Of a DNA stretch of 64,000 nucleotides, positions 30,760 through 46,842 are shown piece by piece (the first letter of the stretch is position 1; each line of letters starts with the position of its first letter). The stretch comes from the human T2T-CHM13v2.0 reference genome, Homo sapiens. The stretch lies in NCBI GenBank assembly GCA_009914755.4, contig CP068257.2:44544001-44608000 (forward strand). The letters are read 5' to 3'. The notes under the pieces are model-generated. The model did no database searches. It worked only from the letters and a program-made list of their open reading frames with translations, and had not been told where the DNA came from. A program made the translations under genes and the position numbers.

Positions 30760-32340
30760 GATGTTGCGGGTGCATCTGTATGTATGTGTGCACAGGTGCC
30801 TGTGCATGTGTACGTGTGCGCATAGACCTGTATGTACATCTGTCTCCATGTACGTATGTCTGTGTGTGGCACAGATGCGATACTGCGGGTGCATCTGCAT
30901 ATGTGTGCACAGGTGCCTGTGCATGTGTACATGTGTGCATAGACCTGTGTGTGCATCTGTCTCCATGTACGTATGTCTGTGTGTGGCACAGATGGGATAC
31001 TGCGGGTGCATCTGCATGTGTGTACACAGGTGCCTGTGCATGTGTACATGTGTGCATAGACCTGTGTGTACATCTGTCTCCATGTACGTATGTCTGTGTG
31101 TGGCACAGATGGGATACTGCGGGTGCATCTGCATATGTGTGCACAGGTGCCTGTGCATGTGTACATGTGTGCATAGACCTGTATGTGCATCTGTCTCCAT
31201 GTACGTATGTCTGTGTGTGGCACAGATGGGATACTGCGGGTGCATCTGCATGTGTGTACACAGGTGCCTGTGCATGTGTACATGTGTGCATAGACCTGTA
31301 TGTGCATCTGTCTCCATGTACGTATGTCTGTGTGTGGCACAGATGGGATACTGCGGGTGCATCTGCATGTGTGTACACAGGTGCCTGTGCATGCATACGT
31401 GTGTGCATAGACCTGTGTGTGCATCTGTCTTCATGTACCTATGTCTGTGTGTGGCACAGATGGGATGCTGTGGGTGTATCTGCATGTGTGTACATAGGTG
31501 CCTGTGCATGCGTATGTATGTGTGTGCACAGACCTGTGTGTGCATCTGTCTCCATGTACCTACGTCTGTGTGTGGCACAGATGGGATGCTGTGGGTGTAT
31601 CTGCATGTGTGTACACAGGTGCCTGTGCATGCGTATGTATGTGTGTGCACAGACCTGTGTGTGCATCTGTCTCCATGTACCTACGTCTGTGTGTGGCACA
31701 GATGGTATGCTGTGGGTGTATCTGCGTGTGTGTACACAGGTGCCTGTGCATGCGTATGTATGTGTGTGCACAGACCTGTGTGTGCATCTGTCTCCATGTA
31801 CCTACGTCTGTGTGTGGCACAGATGGGATCCTGTGGGTGCATCTGTACGTGTGTGTACACAGGTGCCTGTGCATGCGTATGTGTGTGCATAGACCTGTGT
31901 GTGCATCTGTCTCCATGTACCTATGTCTGTGTGTGGCACAGATGGGATGCTGTGGGTGTATCTGCATGTGTGTACACAGGTGCCTGTGCATGCGTATGTA
32001 TGTGTGTGCACAGACCTGTGTGTGCATCTGTCTCCATGTACCTACGTCTGTGTGTGGCACAGATGGGATCCTGTGGGTGCATCTGTACGTGTGTGTACAC
32101 AGGTGCCTGTGCATGCATACGTGTGTGCACAGACCTGTGTGTGCATCTGTCTCCATGTACCTATGTCAGTGTGTGGCACAGATGGGATGCTGTGGGTGCA
32201 TCTGTATGTGTGTGGACACAGGTGCCTGTGTGGGCATGCGTACGTGTGTGCATAGGCCTGTGTGTGCATCTGTCTCCATGTACATCTGTGTGTGCACATC
32301 AGTGTGTACACTGATGCCTGCCTGCATGCGTCTGCGTGTG
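30760..32340. repeat. 117-bp TG/CA-rich tandem repeat x ~13.5 in the LSS intron between the exons at 30221 and 32759
   Basis: Period 117 bp (GGCACAGATG at 30868, 30985, 31102). Accounts for the Cys/His-rich ORFs 30761..32314(+) and 30739..31650(-). Confidence 0.9.
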
Positions 32341-32736
32341 TGTGCACCTGGCACATATGTGGCTCAGCACCAGCTGTGAACACAGTAGGGCCACAGAGAG
32401 CAGCTGCTGTGACCGTCATCACTACCACACCAGGAAGCAGCATCCTCATCGCAGCCCACCTCGCTGTTTCCATGGGTCCCTGATGTGCTTGCTCTTCCAC
32501 TGACATGGCTAATGGTGGGTGGTTCACTTCTAAGAGGCGAGCCTCTCTGCAGGGCCCCACTTGGTCAGAGCAGCCCACGTTCTTGCCCCAGGAACCAGGC
32601 ATGTGGCTCTTGTAGGTGTCTGTTCCCAGAGTGGCAGCTGACCTGGCCCACAGGCCTCCCCTCCTCTCTACATTCACTCAGCCCAGGCCACCGGCTCACA
32701 GCTGAGTGTCCCTCCTCTACCCAAACCCAAGGCTCA

Positions 32737-33045
<309 letters not shown>

Positions 33046-33566
33046 CTACCTAAGGGCCATGGGCCACTACTGAAACCCGAGCTTGACTTTTGCAGATGTG
33101 AACTGGGAACAGATACTCCTGCCTCCCAGAGTCGCTGGGAAGACAAAGGGACATGCGAGTACCGAGGATGGCCTCACGGACGCGTCAGGCTGAGTGAGGT
33201 CTGCAGTGCTTGGGAGCAGCGTCTCACAAGCTGCACTCAGCCAAGCACGGTGCTCCCCACCTCTAAACATCCACACGGCAGACTCTGGGAGACAGTGGGG
33301 CAGCTGGAGACAGGGCTGGGAGAGAGTCCGGCGGCTGGAGACACGGCTGGGACCGGAGATCTCCTGCCTTCTAACCCGCTCCAGCGAGGCCGTGGACCCT
33401 AATCTTCCTACTCAGGGTTGGGAGGCATCTGTATGCCTGGAGGGGCCGGAGACCAGAAGCGTCCCTCCAGCATACATGTCAGGAAGCTCCAGAGAGCTGT
33501 GGGACCAGGGAAACATCTTCATTTCAACCGGGGATCTTATCTCACTGTTTAAAAATATTAAAAACA

Positions 33567-33856
33567 GGCCAGGCACATTGGCTCATGCCTGTAACCCCAG
33601 CACTTTGGAAGGCCGAGGTAGGAAGACTGCTTGAGCCCAAACCAGTGTGAGCAACACAGCAAGACTCCATCTCTACATAAAAGTTTTAAAAGATTAGCCC
33701 GGGGTGGTGGCGTGCACCTGTGATCCCAGCTACTCGGGAGGATCGCTTGAGCCCACGAGTTTGAGACTGCAGTGAGCTAGGATCATGCCACTGCATGTCA
33801 GCCCGGTTGACAGAGCGAGACTCCGTCTCAAAAACAAACAAACAAACAAACAAACC
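33567..33856 (+). mobile_element. Alu
   Basis: GGCCAGGCACATTGGCTCATGCCTGTAACCCCAGCACTTTGGAAGGCCGAGG...(CAAA)n tail. Confidence 0.85.
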
Positions 33857-33942
33857 CTAAAACCAAATGTCAAAGCAAAAAACACTCATGACAGAGCATT
33901 GGGTTGAGAACCCCCACCCACCAGAGGACAGGCACTCACTCA

Positions 33943-34140
<198 letters not shown>

Positions 34141-34468
34141 TCAGGCATTAAGGCCGTGGAAGACAGCAGCTCTGTCTGCTGGACCCTAAGAGCAAGCAGA
34201 AAGGGTGGAGGGAATAGCCACGCTCAGGCTACAGCGCGCTCCCAGCAGCCCGGCTGCGCCCAGCAACGTACTGAGCAATTTCCACCGGGGCAAAGGCCAC
34301 GCATGCCACAAAGGAACGAGGTCCCCCAGAAGTCACGGGCTGGCAGCTCACTTCCAGAAACTTCTGGTGTAGCAACAACATACAAGCCAACATTTATGAA
34401 CGCAGTGTGTGAGAGCAGAAACCTCTGGATCCCATGCATCTCTGCACTCACGAGTGGAGGCTCACTCA

Positions 34469-34585
<117 letters not shown>

Positions 34586-35875
34586 CTATCCCAATTCCAT
34601 CCTTTCCAGGGTCTCAAAAGAATGAGAATGGTCTCCCTTAAAAACCACATAAAAATAAACAGTTTACACAGACCGATGAGGGTTTTAAAAAGAAGCAACC
34701 ACAGGACACCAGAGCGGGAAGCGGATTGGCAGAGTCTGAGAAAGGGACGTGAGGGGAAAGCAAGGCCTTGGGAAGCCCCTGCAGACACAGCTGCAAACAG
34801 GAGCAGCATCCCTGAGATCCAGTGACCCAGGCTTGAGCAAACCCAACAAAGTGAACTAAATAAAAACAGGAAAAAATCAATTAGAGAGAAAACAATAGAT
34901 TTAGAAGACAAGACCCATCCTACATCTAACTGATATTTCCAAAAAATAACCAGTTCTCTGAAAAGGCCAGAGCGAAGTGTCTACTCCAGTGTCACCCTGT
35001 GGGACGTGGGACTTGTCTTTAACCAGCAGATCACGGCAGGGTTGATGGGTGCGGGTCCTGGGACCGAGGTCTGTGTGACCGCGACTCCCATGGTGCTAGC
35101 AGACTCCCTCTACCAACTCTCCCTTCTCGCTTTTGTGAAGATGCCATCTAGAGAGGCCCCGCAGCAGACGGCAGTCGGCAGCTTCCAGCTGAGGAATGGG
35201 ATCGTGCCGAGGACCCTGTGTGCTCAGAGGCAGATCCTTCCTCACTGGAAGCTCAGGCGAGACCCCAGTCCTGGCTAACACCCTGACTGAAGCCCGGAGA
35301 GACCCTGAGGCAGAGGACGACCTGCGAGGCCGCGCCTGGACTTCTGACACACAGAAACGGTGAAGTAATCAATGTGTGTTGTTCTAAGCCACTAGGTTTG
35401 TACTAATATTGTTACTCGGCAACAGGTAACAAATACAAATAGTCAAAGTACAAATTAGTAATATTAGCAATAAAAAGATAGAACTACAGATATGGTGAGA
35501 AATGACAAGAAAGTTTTATGTATTACATTTGCAAACTTAGAGAAAATATCTACAAATTAGAAAGATTAACTTATCAAAACTGGCTCAATCAAGAAATAGA
35601 GAACCTAAACAGTCCTAAAACTACTAAAAAAATGAGTCAAAATGTAAACTTTTCCCAGAAAAAAAACTCTAGGCCTAGGAATTTTATAAATGAATGCAAC
35701 TAAATTATCAGACACACTCATTCTAATCTCACACAAACTCTTCCAGAGAACAGAAAGGAGGAACACTCTCTAGCTCATTCTAGGAACCCAGAGAAATAAG
35801 ATATGGAAAAGTGAAAATTTCAGGCTCACTCATGAACACAGATGCAAAACTCCAAATTAAAACTGAGAAACTGCT

Positions 35876-36283
<408 letters not shown>

Positions 36284-36321
36284 TTAACAAAGGACACAAA
36301 TATATAATCATCTCAAAGCAG

Positions 36322-36555
36322 ACGGGAGTTTGAGACCAGCCTGGGCAACAGAGCAAGATCCCATCTCTACAAAAAAATTGAAAAATTAGCTGAACGTAGT
36401 GGCACATGCCTGTGGTCCTAGCTGCTCAGGAGGCTGAGACAGGAGGATTCCTTAAGCCCAGGAGTTTGAGGCTGCAGTGAGCTATGATGGCACCACTGCA
36501 CTCTGCCTGGGCAACAGAGTAAGACTGCGTCCCTTAAAAAAAAAAAAAAGGGTCA
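36322..36555 (+). mobile_element. Old Alu-like element (AluJ/monomer-derived)
   Basis: ...GAGTTTGAGACCAGCCTGGGCAACAGAGCAAGATCCCATCTCTACAAAAAAATTGAAAAATTAGCTG... Confidence 0.7.
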
Positions 36556-39244
36556 GTTGTTTTCCTACCAGCAATGAACAATTAGATTTTGACATTTAAA
36601 ACACAACGCCATTTACATTAGCACCAAAAAAATGAAATCCTTAGGTATAAACAACAAAATATGTACAAGATCTATATATGATGAAAACTACAAAATTCTG
36701 ATGAAAGAAATAAAAGATCTTTCCAACTTGAGCTACAGATTCAATGTAATCCCAATCAAAGTCTCAGCAAGTTATTTTGTAAACTATTGACAAACTGACT
36801 CTAAAATGTATATGGAGAGGGAAAAAACCTAGAATAGTCAAAACACTATTGAAGAGAACACTGAAGTGAGAACAGGGGCGGTAACTGACTGCAAGGCCTA
36901 CTACAGAGCTACAGGAACCAAGACAGTGTGGGATTGCTGAGAAGAACAAACAGATCAATGCAATGGAACAGAGAGCTCAGAAATAGACCCATGCAAATGC
37001 AGTCAACTGATTTTTTACAAAGAAACAAAGGCAACAAAATGACCCAAAAAGAGTCTTCTTGACAGATGGTACCAAAACAACTGGACATCCACATGCAAAA
37101 AAAAAAAAAAAAAAAAAAAAAATCTAGACACAAACCATAAACCCTTCACAAAAGTTAACTCAAAATGAATCATGGACCTAGATGTAAAATGCAAAACTTT
37201 AAAAATCCTAGAATATAACACAGGAAAAAATCTAGGTACCCTTGGGCTTGGCAGTAACTTTTTAGATACAACACCAAAAACATGATACATGAAAGAGAAC
37301 ATTGATAAGCTGGACTTCCTTGAAATGAAAACTGGCTCTGCAAAAGATACTGTTAATAGAATGAAAAGACAAGACACAGGCAGAAAATATTTGCAAAAGA
37401 CATATCTGATAAAGGACTGGCAGCCAAAATATATGAAGAACTAAAACTCAACAATAAGAAAATTTAATTTAAAAATGAGCCAAAGACTTTAAAGGACACA
37501 TCACTGAAAAAGATACACAGATGGCAAATAACTATATGACAAGATTTTAACATAATGTCATTAGGGAATTGCAAATTGAAACAAGGAGATACCACTACAC
37601 ACCTCTTAGAAAGGCTAAAACCCAAAACACAACAGCAAATGCTGGTGAGGATGTGAAGCAACAAAACGCTCATCATTGCTGGTGGAAACGCAAATGGTGC
37701 AGCCACTTAAGATACAGTTTGGCAGCTTCTTACAGAACTAAACACACTCTTACCATAGGATCCCGCAATCATGCTTCTTGGCATTTACCCAAATGAGCTG
37801 AAAACTTATGTGCACGCTAACATTGATAGCAACTTTATTCATAGTTGCCAAAACTTGGAAGCAAGCAAGACATTCACCTTAGTAGGTGAATGAATAAACT
37901 GTGGTACATCCAGACAATGGAATATTATTCAGCACTAAAAAGAAATGTGCTATTGAGCCATAGAAAGAGACTCAGGAATCTTAAATGCTTCTTACTAAGT
38001 GAAATAGGTCAGTCTGAAAAGGCAAAACTATGGAGACAGTAAAAATATCAGTGTTTGCTACTAAGGGGTTCTGGAGGCGGGGACAGCGCAGAGGACTCCG
38101 GGGCAGTGAGATCCTGTGTGACACTGCAGTGGTGGGCACATGCATCACACATCTGTGAAACCACAGAATGAACAACATGAAGAGGAAGCTGAATGTAAAC
38201 AATGGACTCTGGACGATAATAATTTATGAATGTTGCAAACGCACCACTTGAATGCAAGATGTTAGTACTGGGGAAACTTGAGGGAAGGTGCGAGGAGTTA
38301 GCGGCTTTATGGGAACACTGCATCTTCCACTCAAATTTTCTGTAAATTTAAAGCTGCTATAAAAGATAAAGTACATAAATTTTTTTAAAAGTTTAGCAAA
38401 ATTGTCTAGCTATGAGATCAGTATCAAAATCAATTGCATAAGAATCTATGCGTCCACAGTGATAAATAAGTAAATAAACAGAGGCAAAGGAAAAGCTTTT
38501 GGAAGAACACCAACTAATACATATGGAAGGAATGATAATTTTGTAAGCATTATGCAAATAATTGATTCAGGCAAGAATCATCATCAAATGCTAACACTAA
38601 CAGGTATAAGTATGATGAGAAATAGGACGTTTACATAGTCTAAAACTGTCTCCCCACAAAGAAAAAAAAAGCAACTTCATAGCGGAGAAACTAAGTACAG
38701 CGGTCATCACCTTAATCAAGGGATCAAAGTTGGTGTGTGCTTCCTGGTAAGGTGCAGGAGAAGGCCCCATTTCTTCTGCAATCTTCCTGACAAAAATGTA
38801 GTTTCATAACCTGAATCTAATCACGAGACACCAGAAAAAAAAAAACACTGAGGATATTCTACAAAATAACTTGTGGAACAATTCAAAAATGACAAAGTCA
38901 TCAAACACAAGGAAAGATTAAGGAATTATTCCAGGTTAAAAGGGTGTCAATGTGATAACTAAATGCAACCCATGTGCACAGTGAGAAGGGTAAGGAAAAC
39001 AGAAAAAGAAAAGAAAAATAATTAAAAATAAACAAATGCAACCCATGATATTGGATTAAAGCTTGAGGGAAGATTTTGCCATAAAGGACATTATTGGAAC
39101 AATTAGGCCTGCAGATTAGTATTTCATCAACATTAACATTCTGACTTACACTTGCACAAAAGAATACACCTGCTAAGAAATACTCAGGCAGTTAGGGGTA
39201 CACATCCTATCTGCAAATTCCTTTCCAATGGTTCAAGAAAGAAT

Positions 39245-40140
39245 GGGCCTGGATCATGTGGGAAGACAGGTAATGAAGCCCTGAGGGTAGAGCCTGGATC
39301 ATGTGGGAGGACAGGTCATGAAGCCCTGAGGGTAGAGCCTGGATCACGTGGGAGGACAGGTCATGAAGTCCTCAGGGTAGAGCCTGGATCATGTGGGAGG
39401 AAGGGTCATGAAGCCCTGAGGGTAGAGCCTGGATCACGTGGGAGGACAGGTCATGAAGCCCTGAGGGTAGAGCCTGGATCACGTGGGAGGACAGGTCATG
39501 AAGCCCTGAGGGTAGAGCCTGGATCACGTGGGAGGACAGGTCATGAAGCCCTGAGGGTAGAGCCTGGATCACGTGGGAGGACAGGTCATGAAGCCCTGAG
39601 GGTAGAGCCTGGATCACGTGGGAGGACAGGTCATGAAGCCCTGAGGGTAGAGCCTGGATCACGTGGGAGGACAGGTCATGAAGCCCTCAGGGTAGAGCCT
39701 GGATCACGTGGGAGGACAGGTCATGAAGCCCTGAGGGTAGAGCCTGGATCACGTGGGAGGACAGGTCATGAAGCCCTGAGGGTAGAGCCTGGATCACGTG
39801 GGAGGACAGGTCATGAAGCCCTGAGGGTAGAGCCTGGATCACGTGGGAGGACAGGTCATGAAGCCCTGAGGGTAGAGCCTGGATCACGTGGGAGGACAGG
39901 TCATGAAGCCCTCAGGGTAGAGCCTGGATCACGTGGGAGGACAGGTCATGAAGCCCTGAGGGTAGAGCCTGGATCACGTGGGAGGACAGGTCATGAAGCC
40001 CTGAGGGTAGAGCCTGGATCACGTGGGAGGACAGGTCATGAAGCCCTGAGGGTAGAGCCTGGATCATGTGGGAGGACAGGTCATGAAGCCCTGAGGGTAG
40101 AGCCTGGATCATGTGGGAGGACAGGTCATGAAGCCCTCAG
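39245..40140. repeat. 45-bp minisatellite x ~20 (CCTGGATCACGTGGGAGGACAGGTCATGAAGCCCTGAGGGTAGAG) in an LSS intron
   Basis: Period 45 bp (GGATC at 39241, 39286...). Accounts for ORF 39152..40207(+). Confidence 0.9.
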
Positions 40141-40291
40141 GGTAGGGTGCCACCCACTAAAGAATTCTAGTCAGAGTAAACAGGAGCACTTTTCAGTATT
40201 TTTGTAACTTTTCTATAAATTTGTGAATTTAAGGGAGAATTTAAGTCTGTCTAGTAAAATAGAATATTCCATATAAATAGTGTTAAAGTAA

Positions 40292-40631
<340 letters not shown>

Positions 40632-40654
40632 GCAAGTTTAAAATCTTAATATAG

Positions 40655-40981
<327 letters not shown>

Positions 40982-41143
40982 CTAATATATTTAACCATTT
41001 AAAAGTTAAAAACTTATGTTCATACTCCCTAAAGAGATAAAAAGAACAAAGAAATTGAGGGGAAAATATCTGTAACATAATACACAAATACTTACTGTGC
41101 TTAAAAATGAAAGAAAAAACTTCCTGGTGAAAATTTTAAAAAT

Positions 41144-41437
41144 GGCTGGGTGTGGTGGCTCACTCTGTAATCCCAGCATTTGGGGAGGCCGAGGTGGGAG
41201 GATTGCTTGAGCCCAGCAGTTCAAGACCAGCCTGAGCAACATTTAAAAAATACAAAACATTTAAAAAATTAGCCACAGGTGATGGTATGCACCTGTAGTC
41301 CCAGCTACTCAGGAGGCTGAGGTGGGAGGATTGCTTGAGCCCGGAAGTTTGAGACTGTGGTGAGCCATGATTTTGCTACTGCACTCCAGCCTAGGTAACA
41401 GAGTGAGACCCTGCTTCAAACAAATAAACAAAAAAAG
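41144..41437 (+). mobile_element. Alu
   Basis: GGCTGGGTGTGGTGGCTCACTCTGTAATCCCAGCATTTGGGGAGGCCGAGG... Confidence 0.8.
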
Positions 41438-42523
41438 AATGTTCTAGCTTGGAAGTCACCAAAGAAATGCAGAGGAAGCCCGCGATTAAGTCACCACTGC
41501 TCCCCTGCGGGCCACATCCGGGACTCATTGTTCTACACAGTGACAACAACTGACATGTGCTTCCCTGTGGCATCTCACACAATCCCACCACTCTGTGAGG
41601 CTGTACTCTTGCCCACTCAGGCAGGGAGAGAGATGAGCAGAGAAGAGAAGTCACCAGGCCAGGTCAGACAGCCAGAAGGGGCAGGGATGGGGGCTGACCC
41701 AGGCAGGTGGACCCCAAGCCATGTGGCTCTAGGGAATAATAATGGTCATGAATAAATATTTAACAAGAAAATACCAGTTAAGGTTAAAATGGGGAAAAGC
41801 TAAAAAACAACAAGGAAAACTGAAAAATAACCCAGAGGCTACTGAGTAAAATGACACAACACCTGTGCCATTACTGCTCGTGCTGGAGGAGCGCGCTCAA
41901 TGGTGGGGCTTTTAGAAACCTCACCAGGCACAAAGTGGGCCAGGCGTGAAAGGGGCAGCAAGCCGCCATGGAAATGTGGAGACCAAACAGCAACAGCAGA
42001 TTCTCCTTCAGGGGCGAGGAGGGGCGACTTAGCTTCTTCTTTGCGCTTCTCTGTATTTTGCAAGTCTTGTTTGCAAAGAACCTGCTTTACTTTTATTACA
42101 GTGATTTTTAAAAGATGATCTATTTTTTAAAAGGCCAATTCTCTAAATGTGGCTGAGGACAACTCACGCCCACCTCATGCCGCAGAGCAGCACATGGCCG
42201 AGGGCCACGCCAGGCCGACAGAAGACCCTGGACACAGTGCCCTCCTAGCTGCACCTGTGAAGCACAAGAAAACCCCTGCTCCATCCACGGCTTCCAAAAA
42301 AACCACACCAGAACATTCTCAGATTGTAAATGAAGCAGCATACTCCCACATAACTCATGGGCCAGAGAAGAACAGTAGAAACAGAAAACACTTTTAGTAT
42401 CTGTGCTACCACAGCAAGCACCAGAACACACATTTAACTGAATGATATCTCAAAACTCATTTATAGCCTCAAATGCATATTTCAATAAAAGCCTGAAAAT
42501 CAAATATCTAAGTATTCAAGTTA

Positions 42524-42945
<422 letters not shown>

Positions 42946-43162
42946 TCAGTATAAGATTCTCAGAAGGAAGAGGAGGATGTCAGCGTTGGGCTCAGAGCCA
43001 TCTAAGAGGACACTGAACAACTTTGCATGAATCAGTGTAAAGCTGAGTGGAAATGGGAAGACTCCCCAGACTGATACAAAAATGGAAAATCTGCTCAGTC
43101 CTATAAACTATTAAAGAAATTACACCGCACTCCAGCCTGAGTGAGAGAGCTAGAACCCATCT

Positions 43163-43196
43163 CAAAAAAAAAAGAAAGAAAGAAAGAAAGAAAGAA
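43163..43196. repeat. (GAAA)n microsatellite following an Alu 3' fragment (43105-43165)
   Basis: aaagaaagaaagaaagaaagaaagaaa. Confidence 0.8.
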
Positions 43197-43204
43197 ATTG
43201 AACT

Positions 43205-43740
43205 TCTAATTTAAAAACTTTCCTCAAAGAAATCTCCAGGCCCAACTGGCATTTCCGGTAATTTTTCCCAAACATTTAAGGCAGAAATATTATGAATATT
43301 ACATAAATTCTTCCAAAGAGTATTTTAAAAGCATTTTCCAACTGCTTTTCTAAGTCCAGCATCATCTTAACAGGAAAACCTGACAAAAACATTATAAAGA
43401 AAAAAAAATTATAGACCAGCGTCTCTTGTAACCAGAGTTGCTAAAATCCTAACAAAATATTCTTCAAATTGAATCTAGCAATATATAAAAAGGACAGTGC
43501 ATTGTGACCAAGGTGAGTCTACACCAGGTTGAACAAAAGTAAAAAAATGTAATCGTGATAGGATAAAGAAGAACCTACAAAAATCACATACCCTATAACG
43601 TACCCTCTAACACAGCAATGCCACTCCTAGGTACGTGACCATGAGAAATGGGTACCCAGGTGCCCCCAAAAGATAAGTACAAGAGTGTTCACAGTAGATG
43701 CTTCATAATAACCCAGACTGAAATCCTCCCAGGTGCTGAG
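43205..43740 (+). mobile_element. Old L1 (L1M-like) 3'-region fragment
   Basis: ...cagcaatgccactcctaggtacgtgaccatgagaaatgggtacccaggtgcccccaaaagataagtacaagagtgttcacagtagatgcttcataataacccagactg resembles the L1M ORF2 3' region. Confidence 0.45.
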
Positions 43741-44375
43741 AACAGGCAGCTGGATAGCGCGGCATCTGTGTTCAACCGAAGGCCCGAGGGAGAGAACGCT
43801 GCTGTTACCCGAGCCACCTGACTAACCGCGAGCAGGAGAGCAGGAGAGCAGGAGAAGGCAACACGAATTCCACACCTCAGGAGTCCACCTAGACAAGATC
43901 CAAAGCGAGCAACAGACACCCACGACCTGGCAGGCATGTGGGCGGCCCCGTCATGGGGCGGGCCGAGGGCTCTGGTGGTGTCACCATGTCTAATGCTGGC
44001 ACTGTTCGCTTCCTGTTTGCTTCAAGAAGACCAACCTGTACACTTTTCTGAATACTTGCTACCCTTCAACAGGAAAGGTTACTTAAAAACCGTTTCTGGG
44101 ACACCGGTGGAGTCAGGTATGTGATGTCTTCTTAACATTATTAAAAGAGAGAGAAAATCCATTTTTGTATTATAACTGTGCTATTCTGAGCCCCTAACAG
44201 ATATTTTGTATGCTTTAGGGCATATGACTGGATTCCACAACATCCGAAGCCTCTTGCATGTTTCCATGAGTTTCGCTTCTGAGATGGGCCACCAGGGCCG
44301 TGTCACAGAATGATGCGTCTGGGTCTTGGCCCCCGACTTGGCAGCGCCCACACTGAATGGCTGAGACCCTCCTTA

Positions 44376-44516
<141 letters not shown>

Positions 44517-45168
44517 TCACCCTGGCTGCCCAGGCTCTGCAGCTCAGGCAAAGCCACAACAAGCAAGAGTGTTGCAGTGAGCCCGGGCCCGGACGCTGCC
44601 TCCCTGACCAACCTCCAGAGCAAACGCCGGCTGGTCCAGGACACACACCTGTGCTACCTGAGAGCGAAGATGAGGGGAACACAGCAGAAAGCTGCGACCC
44701 CACCCCAAAAAGCCATGTGTGATGTGGAGGGGACCAGGAAGGCGGGTATGTGAGGTGCCCAGAGGTGGACCAGGGCTGAGATCCTCCCCCAAGACCAGTA
44801 CGGTGGCAACCATGCACACACAGCAGCCTACTGCCCATGGCATGGGTCCCCACAGTCCCCACAGTCCCCAAAGACACCTCCCTGCAGGCGCTCTGGATAC
44901 ACAGCAGCCTCCACAGAACACAAGCCCTGTGGACTGAGCAGGAACCAGCCCAGGCTGTGGATCTCACTGGAACCCTCCACTGTCCCCTAGGTCTGACCTG
45001 ATGCCCTCCTATCCACAACACAAGGATCCTGCCACCCCGGGGGATGGAGGAGCGCAGAACAGCCTGGGCTGAGGGAGGGCTCCAGACAGATCTGCCGGTG
45101 AACCTGGGCCCTTGCAGCCTCGGGCAAGGGGGAAAAGCTGGCCCCCAGGTTTGTGTACCACAGTGCTA

Positions 45169-45315
<147 letters not shown>

Positions 45316-45920
45316 TCACAGAGAGCACCCTAGAACTCGCCCATGTGCTGAGCACACACAGGCGCCCAGGGCACAGCGGAACTCTCTAGAGGCAACACTA
45401 GGGCTGACAACCGATGGGGCAGGAACAGGGGGCGGAGAGCTGATTTCCACGTTAACCAAGCCCTCGGGTGCCCCAAGCAGCAGCTGCAACCTCATCTGTC
45501 AGGGCCTCCATGCACAGCCACCAGGGAACATGCCCCCACACGTGCCCATGACTTAGAAACCAAGTCTGTGCTGCCAGAAAAGGGCAGGGTCTCCACTGGG
45601 AAACACACACAAAAGCCAGATGTGCTGAAAGGATGTGGCACCAAAACCAACACCAACAAATTCCCTCTTCAGACACCCAGTGGAAACCACCAGAGAGAAA
45701 CCTTGGGGGCCACGCCGGCTCCCCCAAGTATCGGTGGCTGGGCTGGACACCAGCTCCGCAGTGCAGGGCCCTGTGCACACAGCCCAGCAAGGCCCCTAGG
45801 GGTCCAGCCAGAGCTCACAGTTCTCCACATATAGACACCATCCAAGGACAAGCTCCTACGGCCTGGCCGGACTGTGTGCTGGGCTGGAGCCCACAGGAGT
45901 GGAAGTGAGCACGCAGCTCA

Positions 45921-46169
<249 letters not shown>

Positions 46170-46791
46170 TCAGAACCTCCCCACAGCCGCACGCATCCCT
46201 CCCCACCACAGAGCACCCGGTCAGGGCAGGGGCCCAGCCACCAAAGGTGTGGGTGCAGCCAGGGCCCCAAGCTGGGTACATCCAGACAGACCTCCAGCTT
46301 CCAGCACAGGGACCCTCAGGGGTGCAGCTCACACCCTCAACACCTGCAGATCTCACGACGGACAGGATGGGGCCCAGGTGCCCCCCACCCCCATTGTAAA
46401 CAGGCAGCAGCAGCTGGGTCCATGCCTAATTTCACAGTCTGCACCTGTGGTCACAGCCCACACCGGCTCTGAGGTCTACTTCTTTCCTCTGCCTTCCCCG
46501 GACACACTGGCTACACTTCGGCTGTCCTTCTGAAGCCTGTGTGTGCCGTGACCACTGGAACTGCTCTGAGGCACGGCTGTGTGTGCAAGCCAACTGTGCC
46601 TCCATGTGCCAGGCAGCTCAGCAACATGAAGCATGAGCCCCTAGGCCAGGCATCCACCACAGCAGGACACCCAAAAACGCCAAGGGAGGAGTCCCCCAGG
46701 GAGGAGCCCCCCCTTCAGAGGGAAGGACCCACCCTGCTGAGGGCGGCCTCCCCTGGGGGACGGGACAGGGATGGGGCTGGCTCCCGCATAC

Positions 46792-46842
46792 CTTGCGCAT
46801 CTGGCGGTAGTACTTCTGGTAGTCGGGAGGGTTATCTGGGAC
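46792..46842 (-). CDS. LSS: LSS coding exon (aa 423-439, VPDNPPDYQKYYRQMRK), 51 bp
   Basis: Acceptor ctgcccAG|gtc cca gat; donor aag|GTATGC. In frame with ORF-track 46618..46911(-). Confidence 0.85.

Noticed and set aside
30739-32379. Cys/His-rich 'metallothionein-like' ORFs of 303-517 aa on both strands
   Set aside because: Artefact of the 117-bp (39-codon) TG/CA-rich tandem repeat in an LSS intron; low-complexity periodic sequence.
39152-40207. 351-aa Gly/Arg-rich ORF (PGSRGRTGHEALRVE)n and antisense (IQALPSGLHDLSSHV)n ORFs
   Set aside because: Translation of the 45-bp (15-codon) minisatellite; intronic.
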